A stretch of 63,209 nucleotides of DNA, filler included, from Welwitschia mirabilis (Eukaryota): NCBI GenBank assembly GCA_051453625.1. It is 6 parts of one record of this genome, joined end to end, with 100 filler letters (N's around TTAATTAATTAA, not from the genome) between each part and the next. Parts side by side here need not be neighbours in the genome. Positions count along the whole stretch, not along the records: positions 1 to 26,191 come from JBOZIK010000001.1; 5 more parts are not named here. One strand, 5' to 3'. The position numbers were made by a program, and so were the translations under genes. Positions 1 through 14,218 of the stretch are shown here, in pieces. The notes below the pieces were generated by a model, which saw nothing but the letters and a program-made list of their open reading frames with translations, was not told where the DNA came from and searched no databases. Within the stretch, counting starts at the first letter, position 1, and each line of letters opens with the position of its first letter.

Positions 1-1890
1 GCTTGCATTCATATTTTTTTTCAATCACCTTTGACATTATCTTCTTGAATTCTACATCAATATTTACATAGTTCATGTAGCCATATGCTATCTTATGACT
101 AATAAATATTTTAGTATCAAATGTATTAGGTGAATCTTTTTCATGCAAGAATTCAATATCACCATCATTAATAAAGCTAGAAAACATAATAGCATTGTAG
201 ATCACTTATTGTGACTTTCTTGTTTTCATGATGAACTTCTCATAAATGATTCCTTTCCTAATAAATAACTANNNNNNNNNNNNNNNNNNNNNNNNNNNNN
301 NNNNNNNNNNNNNNNNNNNNNNNNNNNNNNNNNNNNNNNNNNNNNNNNNNNNNNNNNNNNNNNNNNNNNNNGACTTCTACATCAATATTTACATAGTTCT
401 TTTAGCCATATACTATCTTATGACTAATAAATATTTTAGTATCAAATGTATTAGGTGGATCTTTTTCATGAAAGAATTCAATATCACCATCATTAATAAA
501 GCTAGAAAACATAATAGCATTGTAGATCACTTATTTTGACTTTCTTTGTTTTCATGATGAACTTCTCATAAATGATTCCTTTCCTAATAAATAACTATTT
601 TCTATTGAAAAACTTTATGTCATCTCTTCTATTCATCCTACTCCTTGATATGCTGATATTGTGAACTACCTTGTTACTATGAAAACACCTTAGCATGAAA
701 ACCATAACCAATGCAAATCTTTTCTTCATAGTATTGGTGATTATGAATGGAATTCACCCCATCTTTATATAAGATGTAAAGACCAAATCTTGCATAAATG
801 TATGCCTAAATGAAAAATCTTAAAAATTTTTAACCTTTATCATGGTGGAGTATCTAGTGGACACTTTAGTGGTTAAAAGACCATCATAAAAGTTCTTCAC
901 TCTAGTTTTTATTAGCTTACTCTTTTTAAAGAATCATTTAACTTTTCTAGAATGTGTGATGCTTATCAACATTATGGTAGCCTTACTCATTCTCAATATA
1001 TGTCCCTTAAACCTATGCTTGAATGTGAATCTTTTAATTATTAGGGGATTGACTTTATAGGCCCTATGAAACCACCTTCTCATTACAAAACTTGCATCCT
1101 AGTGGTTATAGATTTTTTTACTAAGTGGCTTGAAGTTATTCTTACAATCAAAAATGATGCTTGAACCATTTGCAATTTTTTTTGAAACTCATATCTTTCA
1201 ATGTTTTGGTTTTCTAAGAATTAGCATTAGTAATCAAGAAACACATTTTATTAATTACCTTTTTCAAAAACTTCTTTTATCTATTGGCATTGAACATAGA
1301 ATTACATGTTCTTATCATCTTAAAAATAATGGCTAAGATAAAAATGCAAAAAAATAAATTAAAAGAAATGCTTTAAAAATTAGTCTTTATCAATAATAAA
1401 ACATGCTCCTCTAAAATTAATGATGTTCTTTAGGCTTACTGTATGACTTCGTGTAACTCTCTAGATTTCTCACCATATGAACTTGTGTATGAAAAAAGTT
1501 TATGTCTTGCCAATTGATGTTTCCTGTAACTCCTATTAATTCATTTATCAACTTAACCTTGTAAACTTGGATAAAAATCTTAGAACTTGATTATCCCAAC
1601 TTGGCCATTCAAGTGAAAAACATACTCATGCCATACATTGTCAACTCATTCATAAATCCAAATCAAGCTCAAACATGATAAAAAGATTCCCCATAAGTAA
1701 TTTGAACCTAGTTAACTTCTCCTTTTATATAATACTTAAGTACATTTTTTACACAACAGGTTAACATCTAAATGGTTAGGTCCTTATCTTATAGAAAAAC
1801 TATATTCCAATGACTTAGTTAAAATCTTTGATTTAAATAGTAGGGAAATTCAAAAATTCAATGTTAAAAGGTTAAATTTATGAGTTATCT
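1..1890 (+). pseudogene. decayed RNase H C-terminus and integrase of Athila-like pol
   Basis: Manual translation gives IRWIFFMKEFNITIINKARKHNSIVDHL, P*YADIVNYL (~643), GHFSG*KT..KVLHSSFY*LTLFK, *GIDFIGP, ILVVIDFFTKWLE, ISNQETHF, SYHLKNNG and KWLGPY..NVKRL. These match Athila/Ty3 RH-INT motifs (PWYADIVNYL, WGIDFMGP, TPYHPQTSGQ), with many stops. Confidence 0.9.
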
Positions 1891-3978
1891 ACTAAGAAAA
1901 CCTTGAACATGACAAAGGCACTTATCTTGGAAGCCTCTCTCAATGCGGAGGATATTCCTTGTGCCATTATATAAATTCTTTCTTAACTCATTCCTTAGGT
2001 AGACATCATGTTATCCCTTAAATATATTTAACTTGACTCATGTGTTACTTTATGAAGTTATCATGATTAGTAATCTTTGACTTGGGTATTTTAAGATGAT
2101 AAGATTGAATTCATCCAATTTTAAAACATTCATATATCTATGAACTTCATTCTAAAGGAACATGCCTTGGTTCTTTCTTTCTCTTTTAATGGTTTGAGTA
2201 ATTGGTTATTTTTGCATGTTCTTTATTATTTCTCATCTTATCACTTTACTTCTGTCCTTATAAGTACTTGGTCGTGTGAAATCTTTTTCATAAAAAAAAA
2301 TAAAAAAATAAAGATCATGATCTTTGTATCTGAGCTAAAACCATGGCCATCATGATATTCTATCACAAGCAAACTAGATCAAATTTTCCTGAGAGGAACA
2401 TTTGGTAGTGCAATATAGTAGTTGGGGGAATTCTACTAGAGGATTAGTTGGTTATGCTACGTGGATCCTTACTTCTCTAATAGTGGTTGCACTTCCCTCA
2501 TCATGGTAGAATAAAACTTAACTTAGAGGCTATAAGATCAATGATGTCCTTGGTATTATTAGAGGCATTACTTATTTTTTAAGCTCCTTTTTGCACTACT
2601 TCTTTAGATTCTAGTGTTATTTTAATATATGAGATAGTGACATGTTTATATAGTTTTTTATCTTCTCATTCATTGTTTGATAACATTAGACATACTTGAC
2701 ATCATTATAACCATTTCCTACTTAAATAGTACTTTATGAATTTTTACATAAAATCATGCATTTTTCATTAGGTGATTTTATGATTGTTATCAACAGAATT
2801 TGTTAGGTTAGAATTTAGGGTCAGTAAATAATTCTCTTTATGTTCCTAGTTATCCATTTTTATTTTGCTTATTTTTAGTTGTTTTTTTGGGCTTTTTTAA
2901 TTCATTTCCATACTTTTCAAAATAATATTATGGATTTGATCATTTAGTAGTTTCTTGTTGCTTCTATCCATGAGGGTTGTTGTTTCTTTTTTTGTAGGTG
3001 AAGATGATACTTTTTGAGTTTTAATTCTTACTTTTCCAGGAGTACTGAGTTTAAGAACATTCAAGGAATTCTTCTGAGCATTGCTTCCTTCTACGTAGTG
3101 CATTTTCTTCTCTTTAACATCCTTTTTCCATAAGTCTCTTTTCATCATGATCATGTTTTTTAGGATAATTCCTCATTATTTACCTTCTTTCTACTTTTTG
3201 ACTACTTGCTTACTTTCAAACTTTTTTTGGTTTTTTCTATCCTTTCAAACATCTCATTTAATTACTATTATTTAACATCTATTATTCCAATGACAGCTAG
3301 AATGACAATCATCCTTTTTATCTTGTGCAATCTTGGATGTCTTGCTTCACCTATGGGAAGGACAAGATACCTTCCTGAGTATTCTTCTAAGATATTGAGT
3401 AAAAATTTTTAAATTTAATGGGACTATATTTGATCTTTCATGGTACATATTTATGATGAGTTATTTAGAAATGATTTAATGTTACTTGAATAAATTTCAT
3501 CAACTTTATTTAGTAGGAGCATGGTAGCACACTCACAGAGTTTTCCTGTAGTTATGTTTCAGATCATCTAAAGGAAAAGAATGATATGTTTACTCTTGTA
3601 CTTTTCCCCTTATAGAATACATCAATGAACTTGGATGCATCATTCTTTAAGTTTTCACTACTTAAGTCTTACAATTAGTTTTAATATCACTATCTCGCAT
3701 TATGCATATACATTACCATTTTCTGAGCTATCATTGTTAGATTTTATGAATTTTTTATATGTATAACATTCATTCATTTTATTATGATGTCTTTAAGTAG
3801 GGGACTTATGACTATGTTAATATTTGTATCAATTAATTAGTTTTTGATGTCTATTCTAGCATGATAAAATTAAACTCAAATTACATTTTTATAGTTCTTG
3901 TTCATCTTAGTTAAATTAACTCATAATATAGTTGATCGCTCACTTTGTCAAGAGCTGATAAGGCTAAGTAGAGGGCTA

Positions 3979-5233
3979 TGTTGTAATGTCAATTTATAGG
4001 TATTTAATGGTGTATTTTAATAATTTTAGAGGAAATTTATATAGGTTTTGATGTAATTCTAATGATTATGGAGAAATGATAGGATGATCACTAAAACATG
4101 TGATTCTTAACATATTTGATGATATCTTAGAATTATTTTGATACTTCATACTTTGAAGGAAGGCTTAATCATGTAGAATATTGATTCCCTTTTAGCTAGA
4201 AGATAGAAAGATATGTCATCCCCTCTGTCATCTCCATGATAGGTAGGACGATAATAGTGATAATAGAATTGAGTCTATGGAGTTAACTATAGGGCTTAAA
4301 GCTGATGAACCACCTTTTTATGTGGCGTGACATCTCCATTATCATATCCGTGATAGTTAGAATAATAGCTATTTTCTATGAATGGAAATAATTATCTTTG
4401 TAATGGGATCATGCAACTTGTATGGGTTGTTAGGATTTATTCTTTGATGCTTAGGGTTGAGCTTCTAGAAATTCAATGTAAAACTATAAATACCCTTCCT
4501 TTCCTTCACTTTTTTTTTCTATCTTTTGTACTCCATATTCTTGGCATAGAAGATTGAAGAATAAGAGGCCCATCCAGTAGCTTTAGAGAGAGGTTTCCTT
4601 TGGTGTTAGGCTAAGTATCCTCCATTAAGATGCTACTACTTTATAGTGAGTGGATATAAAAGTTTAGGATTAATTAAATTACTCTTTTCACTACTATTGT
4701 GTAAATGTCCCTTATGGTTTAAGCTAATTATAGTTTAAAGATAGTTCTATATTTTATTTAGATCATAAGCACAACCTTTATTAAGATTGGCTTATTAGTT
4801 TAATTTTGCATTACTATTTTATGCCAATTCTATATGTTCCTTGTTTATATTCTATTTGGCGTTTCTTATAGTTTATATTAATTTGAAAGAAGTAATAGAG
4901 CTATTCCTAATTGATCTAAGTTATAAAGAAATAGTACGTGTGATAAGAGGATTAGAATTCAAATAGAACTCATCTCACTTATATTTCATCCATTTACATT
5001 TTACCATCATTTATTTTGCATTGCATTTACATTCTTATTTACTTTCATTTACTAAAATAGAAAATATTAAAAATACTTTATAAAATAAATTCTCTAACTT
5101 CTAGCTTAGTGCCTTCAATGGATTAGAACATTCAGGTTAACTCCCATCTATAATAGTATGTGTTTTCTGTAAGTATTATGATTTACAAGTTTGTATAAAG
5201 GACTTAGAGATTACATAAATTCACATCAAAATA
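3979..5233 (+). repeat. 3' LTR of Athila-like element
   Basis: Starts TGTTG after the PPT. Homologous along its length to 20647-21897, 29962-31331(-), 33465-34530, 34665-35987(-), 41295-42353 and 52922-53612(-). The end is a decayed form of GCACCACAACA. Confidence 0.85.
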
Positions 5234-6479
5234 ATACTATACTTAGGAAAAATGAAAATCCTAGTGGAAACCTAGTTAGATATGCTTACCTATAAAAGTA
5301 GGCTCCGTCATTTGAAATAATGAGAAGAATAAAATATTTGATTATGAAATGTTTCTTGTTTCTCTTGCTTTTTCTTACTTATAATAATTTTTTGCAAATT
5401 ATACCAAAATACCTTTAAGTATAATATAAAGAGTGGAAAGCCCTATAAAAATTAGGATAAATTTACTATACTTTAATAAGAAAGAAAACATCATGAATCA
5501 TAAATGCTATTGAATTGTATTTTTATATAAAAACCTTTATAAAAGGAATTTCATCACTACTCCTTGAACCTAACTATTTATAAAATTACATTGTTACTAA
5601 GAAAATGAGAAAAAATATCCTCCCAAGAATGCTTTCTTTGAAGGAAATCAATTAAAGTAATACTAGTAGTAATAATAATAATAAAAACATGCTAATTCAC
5701 ATAGAAGAGGAATTGTAGTATTAACAGTCCTAGTTACATGAGTACAAGATTTAAATTTTCATACATTTCTAACCAAAACTAGTGTTAAAATTAACCTAAT
5801 AATGGATCTAGTGCTTTATTTATGAAGGAAGATTTAAAGAATATTCATTACTTACTAAGAAATAGTTTAAATAAAAATAAAAAATGTTTAAGAATCATAA
5901 ATCATTTAAAAAGTAATAATACATCTTTGTCAAGTAGGACGTAATCAACAGATGCATTTTAAAAACTCCATAATAGAAGGTAATTTAGCAATGAATGTAA
6001 AACCCATTTATTCAAATATAAAAAAACCAGAAGCAATGCTAAACTAAAAACTATCACTTTATGGAAAAAGCGTTTTACCAAGTAAAGATAAAGTAAAATA
6101 ATTATAGTCTTAATGAAGATACTCAAAGAAACTATAAAAAATCAATATCCAAACCTTCATGAATCCCAAAATATGTAGTTATAAACTTTCAAATGCTTTT
6201 ATATATTAATTCTTATGATTTAATTAGTTTTATTGGGGAAGTATGTCATATCCCATATTTTGTAAACCTTTAATTACTCAAACTTTAAATAAAGTTAATC
6301 TCTTATAGGATGCTTATTAATATAACTTTTAAATGAGACATTTCTTTATTGAATTTTTTTAAAAAAATTATTTTATTAAAAATGATATCAAAGATATATG
6401 ACATTCTTATCTTTTCCTTGTAAATATTTGTATAAATTTAAATCATAGTTAACCTTAATTTATTATAATTATTTTATGA

Positions 6480-7060
6480 AAAATATTAGTTCATTGTTAT
6501 GAAAAGGAATTAATTAAGGAAATCTTGAAAATGTCAAAATAAACTAACTCCATTATTTTATATAAAACATTTAATCTTATATGTGTAATAATTTATAAAA
6601 ATTCAAAAGGATTAGAAGATAATAATAAGATATTTGTATTGATAGCATGCAATTTTTTTAATTCATTTTCATCTCTCTCTTAACCAAGTTTAAAAAGTGA
6701 AAAAAATGACTTAATAAGAAGTAAATTATAAATGTACTTCAAAAAACTAAATAAAGATTAACTTTTTTTAGATATAATGAATTTTCAAATTAATAAATAT
6801 GTAAATAAGTACATCAAAGAGTATATATATGTTTCATCACTTTTATCCTTTGTAATATTTTAAATATTTATAAAATATGTATTTTCTTATTCATTGGATT
6901 TGAAAAAAGCTCTTTCTTTCTCTTCCTCCACTCATTGTTTTTTTACTTTTTTGGATTTTGAAGAAAAAAAAGCCTTATATTACATTACAAAACTATAAAA
7001 ATCTTAGTAGGAAATTCATCCAATTAAAAGTATAACAAAATTTCCTTTTAAAGAAAAAAA
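6480..7060 (+). pseudogene. very decayed non-LTR (L1-like) reverse transcriptase fragment
   Basis: SLDLKKA at ~6890 (cf. LDFEKAFD), followed by FGF.E...YYITKL (cf. FGFG..FI.WI..LY), with weaker upstream resemblance to the NWRPI region. Heavily degraded. Confidence 0.35.
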
Positions 7061-7129
7061 TATACATTTTAGAAAGATAGAAGTTAAAGACCATAGTAAT
7101 TATCCAAATAATTACTTTAGTACTCTTTA

Positions 7130-8330
7130 TTAGAAAATTCACACAAATTTAGATTTATGAGCATTTATTTTACATCATTAACATCTTATGTCCACTTTCT
7201 AGCTTAAGATTTATTTCTTGGATTCTTGTCCAAGTCTCATTTTTAAATTATCCTTCTTTCATTTGAACTTTTAAGGCAATGATGTAAAACCCTAAAATGG
7301 CATACTAATCCCAATGTTCATGAATAGGTATTTGATTTCTTAGGATACTCTTCCTATTATTCTACTAGTGCTATTACTACTAATGGTTTTACTATTACTA
7401 GGCTCTTATTATTACTATTGTAATATATATTATTGCTAATGATATTCCTATTGATGTTAATGTTAGTGTTGGTGTTGTTAGTATTTTTAGTGTTTTACTT
7501 ACTACTTAGAATAGAAATAAGCTTGGGAGTGGTAGTGGAGTCTCTCCTCTTCCCCTTAATATTATTTTAGCTACTAGATCCTCTACCTATTTGTCCTTTT
7601 CTAATTATCCCTTTTATAAGATCATTTTCTATACTTCTACTACACATCTAATAAGAGTTATTAGATTTCAAGCTATGTAAGTATTTGGAATTATCCTTCA
7701 AAATATGTATTATTTTATTATGGATTAGACTTACTAATATATAATTAAAAATAACCCCTAGTTCTTTTACCTCTTTATAATTACTATTTTTAGAAGTAGG
7801 TTATTTTCTTTGAAGTTCTTTCCCATTAGGTTGTGTGATTTTATTTTTTTGTTTATTATTATTTTTATTAGGTTTTAGGGGTTTTAGTCTCCTTTTCCTT
7901 TTTATCTTTTTCTTAGTGGCTACTATTCAAGTATTGGTCCCTCTTTCTTTTGCTTCTTCTTCTTCTTCCCTTTCCCCTTTAAATGCTAATGTAGTAACTA
8001 TTTTAACTACTACACTTTTTTCTTGTATTACTTTTGACTGTTGTATGCCTTAACTTGAGTTTCTACTACTACACTTACTATCTATTATTCTCATGATTTA
8101 TATTAGTATTGTAACTCCTTTTAAGATTGACACTCTTGGGACTAATGTTGTTCCTCCTAGAATTATTGCTCTTAAAGCTACTATGACTCCCTTTATGCTT
8201 TATTTTTAGCTACTTATTCCTAAATATGAATTAAAATCAAAACTCTCTAAATACAAAATTAAATCTAAGTGACACCTTACTTTCTTCATATTTAATCTTA
8301 TCATGAGAGCTCAATCTACCTATAGTTCCA
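7130..8330 (-). pseudogene. decayed low-complexity ORF with possible CCHC zinc knuckle (gag/ORF1-like)
   Basis: Clear 3-nt periodicity and long nearly open minus-strand frames. Translation near 7190-7140 reads RC**CKINAHKSKF, a partial C-x2-C-x4-H-x4-C. Confidence 0.3.
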
Positions 8331-11300
8331 TAGGGCTAGTAAAAATATAACATAAAGATGTAATTTTGAATGATTATCATCCTATATAAGAAAATGGGCA
8401 ATAAATTTATCTACAATATATGACTTTACATTAAGCTTGATTTTTCTATTAGGACCTTTAGTCATGTAGGAGGCCTTTCGATCTAGGAATATATCTATAG
8501 TATTGTAACTGAGGAAGGAGAAGAGGATAATCCCTTATTTCCCTTGAAAATTAAGCATTTAAGTAAGAATCTCCTATTTTGTAATTTGTATCTTTTTAAA
8601 ATCAAAAGCTAGCTACATTAAGGATTAATGCCTTACAAAACCAATTGATAAAAGCAAAGGAATAAACTAGGAGTAATAAGATGAAGATAAATATTATTAA
8701 GAAAAAGTATTAAAGTATGAAATATCAAATTATCATAAAACATCAAAAGATAAGAAGAAAGTACATTTTTCAACCAAAATGGTATGATCGTGTATTATGA
8801 ACAATGAATTACTCAAACTAACATTAAAATATATATGAAATATGCATGTTGGAAATGTTCTACAAGCATCTCCCAAAATACTTAGTAATTACACTATAAT
8901 ACTAAGAAGTTAATAGCATAACCAATGTGATTTTATTCTTCTTTAGTGATTATGCTATTTATCAACTACTTATGTATCATGTTCCAAGGTTAAAACAAAA
9001 TAAGAAGTAATGTTTTCCTCTATAAAGAACATGAAGATTCACTTTCCTCCACCTTAATTCCTAAAACACTATTAAATAAATAATTTTTGATTTCATTCTA
9101 ATTTTTATATTTTAAATAAGTAATATGGATGTATACTTCAAAAGTACATTTTCTATAAATAAATGTAGGATGCTTTGCTAGAATTTAAAATGATTAACTT
9201 AGCAATTCAATTTAGGGGTTTACTTCACATCAAGAATGAATGTTAGAGACAAAATGTATTAATATATTATCTATGACATCTTATAAATACATTGATGTTA
9301 TGAGGACAATAAGAAATGATTCAATTAAGTTACCTAACTATTCTTTATGATACAAGGCCATATTAATGGCATATCATAGTAACCACTTACCATGGTATTA
9401 ATCATAATAAAACATGGACTTGGGTTATTTAGATTTAAGGGGAGAAAGATTATATTCCATAAAAGAGTGGGCATGAAACTCAAACTAATCCACAGTTATT
9501 TATGGGGACAGTTATGCATATATTATTTAAAATAATAGAGCTATTTGCTTACTTTTCTCAATAGTTATAGTAGGATACATTTCATATATTTCCTATAAAA
9601 TAAATCTTAAACTCTTAATATTTTAATATGTTTCATGCACTAATTAGAAAGTAAAATTTCTTAAAAGTCATAAGCTATTTGTGATGAGTTTTGTACTTAC
9701 CTTAAGAAGCTTCATCGAGATAAAGTCCTTAGATAAGTAATTCCTTTCAAGATAGAGTAACCTATAGAACCTAAATAAGCTATTACAGAAGTTGTTAAAT
9801 ATATTATAAAATAAGTGGAAAAAACCACTACTACCAATGAAGCTATTTAATAAAATTCCAAAATAGAGATGAAGAAACTATTTAAATCCTCCATGTAAAC
9901 CTTTATCATATCAAATGAAATACAATTTTATATTATATATCTACCTTGTAAATATCATTTTTGTTTAAGTATTAAATAATGAATTTGTGTAAAGTATTTT
10001 TGTTTTTATTATCCTACAAATTCATGCAATAATATAACAAATCCTAATACAAAACAAATACCTAAAATAATAAGTCATTTTCCAAAGAAGGAAATAGTAC
10101 TTATTGCCAAAGAAATTATTCTCTAATTTAAATGAAATAAAACTAAATTATTGAAGTAAAATGAAGTAATAAAATATGTAGCACTAAAAATTATACCTTA
10201 ATAAAATAAGTTACTTAAAACCTATGAGTGATAAAGTTCATTAAATGTTACTACCTCTCTTAATTAAAAACTAAAGATAAAATATCTTTTAAAGATGATG
10301 AACATAGTAAAGCAAAATAAAGTTAAAAAGATGAAAACAAAACAAATTCAATGAATCCAAAATCTAAAATAAGTTTAAGCATAAAATGAAGTTAAAATTA
10401 AAGGGACATGTTAAATAAGTTAACATAATTAATTTAAAATTATTAAAATAGTTAATAAAATACAAAATCACGTGTTTCATTTCACATCCAAAAGATGAAA
10501 TCATTTTTTTCTAGTGAAAAATTATATATGATATTAATTTCAAATGCATCATTAAAGAAGAAGAAGAAACAGATCTAAAGCTAAATGAAGTATGATGAAA
10601 CACTTAAATTCAAGAGGCCTAAGTCCTAGACTTAGGTAGATGATCAATCCGCAAAAGACCTCAATAAGATATTATTTGTAATAATGATTTAGTTTTAGTT
10701 ATTGATTATTTATTTACTTTAATAAAATATATAATTTAAAATCATGATTCCTTTACTTCTTGATTTTTTAATTCATGAAATAGCTTTAAATTATGAAAGT
10801 AATTATAGCATGAAGTTAAAGCATTCCTACTTTAAATTCCAAATAAGTACAAAGATTTTAAGTGGCTCTAGAATTCTTTGCATCATCTAAGATCTTCTCA
10901 TTTATTTTCATTTGATAAGAATGGGCTTTTTATAACAAGATCCTTAGTAGGGGTGTTTATACTTTTGAATTTTTTGGTTCTTGTCTTTGCTTATGTACTA
11001 TGATATGATACTAATAAATCCTCCTACCATTTATTTAATATTCTTCAAAAAAATTTGTGTATGAATCATATCTTACATTGTATGAATACCCCATGCCTTG
11101 ACTTCTATACATTTTTCTAAACTATTTTACCTTGTTGTATGAATGGAATTGTCCAATTTTTTCCCTAATTAAGAAAATTATATCTTGTTGTGATATATGA
11201 AAGTTTTGAATCTTATGCGTAGAAAACCTTTTCTTCTTTTAATGTATTTCACATGTTTTTAAATGCATGTTTTAAATTAATAAATATGGTTATAAGGTTA

Positions 11301-12199
11301 TAAAGGATTAAAAATAAATTAGCATAAGAAAGTGATGTATGTAATTAACTATGTTACATATGCAAAATAAAAAACAAAATTTTTTAAATTATAATAGAAG
11401 AAACAAAATATTTGAAAACATTAGATGAGCTTTTGTATTGCAAATATTTAGGGATGCGAGTCAAATAGGCTTTATGGTTATTAACTTTTCAAAAATTACA
11501 AACTCTATATGAGGGATGCAAATGCTATAAACATTTTTGAATATGATGTCCAAGGATTCTTATGATATAATCTTAAAGCAAGAATAGTAGGCATAGATTT
11601 TAATTTTATCTAACTTGATGATTTAATTAAGTAATATAATATCAATATTTCATCGAGATATGTTTTCTTATAAATCTTACCTTAAATATTAATATCTTTT
11701 TTGAAATAATTTAAATCAATTTTATGCATTATGGTATTATGATGCACATGCGAAATAGTTGGCTTAGAATTTTTATTGGTTGAATTCTCTAAAGCCTATA
11801 TTATACAAAAATCTATTTTCTTCCATACTAAATTTTTTCCATAATATTTTAGTAATTTAATGATGTAAATTAAATTTTAATATTAATTATAACGTTTTAA
11901 AATCACTTTGTGATTGATTAAATATTTATTAAGAGTGATTAACATGTAATTAATTAAAACTTCTATATAACAAAATAGCGTGACCCTTAATTTGTAACAT
12001 TGTATCTCTTTATCTTGATTCTTAAGCTTGTGGCATTAGGTGGGAGTGGATAGACTAGGTGGATGTGATCAACGATATCTATTAAATTATGAAAATCCTT
12101 CACCTCCTATGGTCATTCTCATTAAGTAGTATAATAAAGAGTGAAATGACCTCTACAAGTAACAACATGAAAATGGTAAAATACATAAACATCATCTAA

Positions 12200-13500
12200 C
12201 CATAAAGAATGAGTCATCTAAGTATGAAGCATACCCCACAGAACTTAAACCTTCCTAATTCAGTTTAGCAATTTCTTATTTCATGGAGTAAGAGACTCTA
12301 ACACCATAAGTATATAATTTCTATAGTATGTAACTTGATCTATCTTATTAATAATGCCTCTAGGTGGAGGAGGATGGTAAGAAAATGAATATGGAACTTG
12401 TTTCATGATCAATAAATCATGTGGCATAGAAGAAGAAAAATAGGAAGTGAAGTAGGACATCTCTTCCTAATATTGTAGATCATAAAAATCTAAAAGATCA
12501 TTATTAAGATCTATCTCTAAGTTCAAAAGAAATTGTGAAAAGCTATAGGAAAAGAAAAGTATGGAACCACTCATCATAATAGCCTACTCCTCAGCCATTT
12601 CAAATCTAGTAGCATGTAAAGGGATAAAATTCACCTCCTCTTCATGTATGATAGGCAGGGTCTCTGAACCCCATAAAAAGGAAATAAAAAACACTCACTT
12701 CTTGTTAAATAAAAAATGAGAAAGAAATAAACTAATTTTCATAATATAATAATAAAGGACAAAATTCACCTCATGGATCTAAGTATGATAATGAAAGCTA
12801 AGGGGTAGATTCTCCTTAGTTACCTCATAAGAAATTAGTTGCACCACATCCTTATCCTTGCAATGGTATGAGGAGTCTCTCAAACTAGAATTAGTAGCTC
12901 TATTCATCTATACATCATATAAAAACAAACTCCAATCAATGTCATATTATCATTAAAAGAATAAGTAGAACAATCCCTAACTTAGATAAAATAGAGAAGA
13001 TACCCTTAGAAGAATTACTAGAATCATGCAAATCCCTATCTTCTTCCTTTACTATGCTAGCAGATATCTAGTAAATAAGGATTGATAAGGTACATTTTTT
13101 GGAAGTAGAAAAAAGATAAATTTTCTAAAGAAGAATAAAATTACCGCAAACTTCTAAGCCTGGTGTTCGTAAAGTAAAGTCGTAAAAGCACATGTCCATA
13201 GAAACACTTCTATCTCCATATCTTTTAAGATGAATAAGTTGAACTATGATAAAAGAGAAAAATGCCAAAGGCATGATTTAAAAAAATACCCCTAACAATA
13301 AAAGAAATAAAATATATGTCATAATGAGGGATTTCTATAGAACAATCATAAAGAAAGGTACAATAAGTAATCAATTGTCCACAAGTAATATTATAGGGAG
13401 TCATTAAATTAGAAGTAGCTACAAAATTACTATGGGTATCTATTTCTCTTATGAAAATAAATTCATCTAATTGGTTAGCCAAGAAACCCCTAAAATTATA
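12200..13500 (-). pseudogene. decayed, apparently multi-exon minus-strand ORF, possibly a Tat/Retand-type accessory antisense gene
   Basis: ORF 13482-13225 (..YCTFLYDCSIEIPHYDIYFISFIVRGIFLNHAF..) loosely resembles the Transposase_28-like antisense proteins of Tat-clade elements. Downstream on the minus strand, purine-rich blocks alternate with T-rich blocks bounded by G|GT and YAG motifs (donor-like sites near 13145, 13003, 12823, 12768, 12634). Confidence 0.35.
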
Positions 13501-14218
13501 ATTTAAGTGAGTTGCCTTAAGAGAAATCTATTTCCCTCACTCAAACCAAAAGTTAAACAAATACTTTCTTACAAGATAAAGATAGGAACATGTATACAAT
13601 GAAAAATGATATTATTTTAAATATTAAAATAAGAATATAGGAAATCTAAGAGATATAATTTATTAGGATTTCAAATTTATAATAAGAAAAAACTACAAAG
13701 ATCAATTAGATTTAAAGAAAACACCCAATAAAAACCTAATTGTAAAGCTCTCTTTTGAATATCTAATTTAGTATAATAAACATTGGTGGAATTCTAAGAA
13801 AGATAAGAAAAGTAAAACTTGGTTATACCTTAAATAATAAAGGAAGAAAAAACTAATTAAAAAAAGCTAAAATGTAAGGAATGTTTTACAAAAAAAGTAG
13901 AAGTATGTCCTGACATCATCTACAAGAAAAGGGATTCATTAAGAAAAGGGTCATAAAAATAATGTAAAAAGTTCAAACAAAAGAAGAAAAAAATAAAATA
14001 TATTAATACATATAATAATAATGAGATTAAATCATTTCACATGTAAAAGTAATTAGAAAAATGAAAAGGCTAGTTCCTACTTATAATAAAAGACCTATGG
14101 TTAAACTAGTCTTTCAACTTTGGTAAGGAAATTAACCATAGTCTAGTTAATCCAAGGTAAAGGGCTTGTCCCAATTATTGATAATAAAACTTTATGTCCC
14201 ACATGAAAGGTGCAAATA

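Larger units (their letters stand above)
1..5233 (+). mobile_element. Athila-like Ty3/gypsy LTR retrotransposon, 3' half (RNase H end, integrase, long 3' region, PPT, 3' LTR)
   Basis: Decayed pol motifs, then ~2 kb non-coding region homologous to 25850-26191, 26292-27420(-) and 39060-40300. A purine tract AAGTAGAGGG precedes TGTTGTAATG at 3979. Confidence 0.9.

Noticed and set aside
48..597. ~225-bp duplication either side of the first gap (similar cases at 39225-39440, 40955-41100 and 61798-62460)
   Set aside because: Near-identical copies flanking N runs are most likely unmerged contig overlaps or haplotypes.
2897..3500. Possible Athila env-like ORF in the 3' region
   Set aside because: Only short ORFs with no recognisable motif; cannot be supported from the sequence alone.
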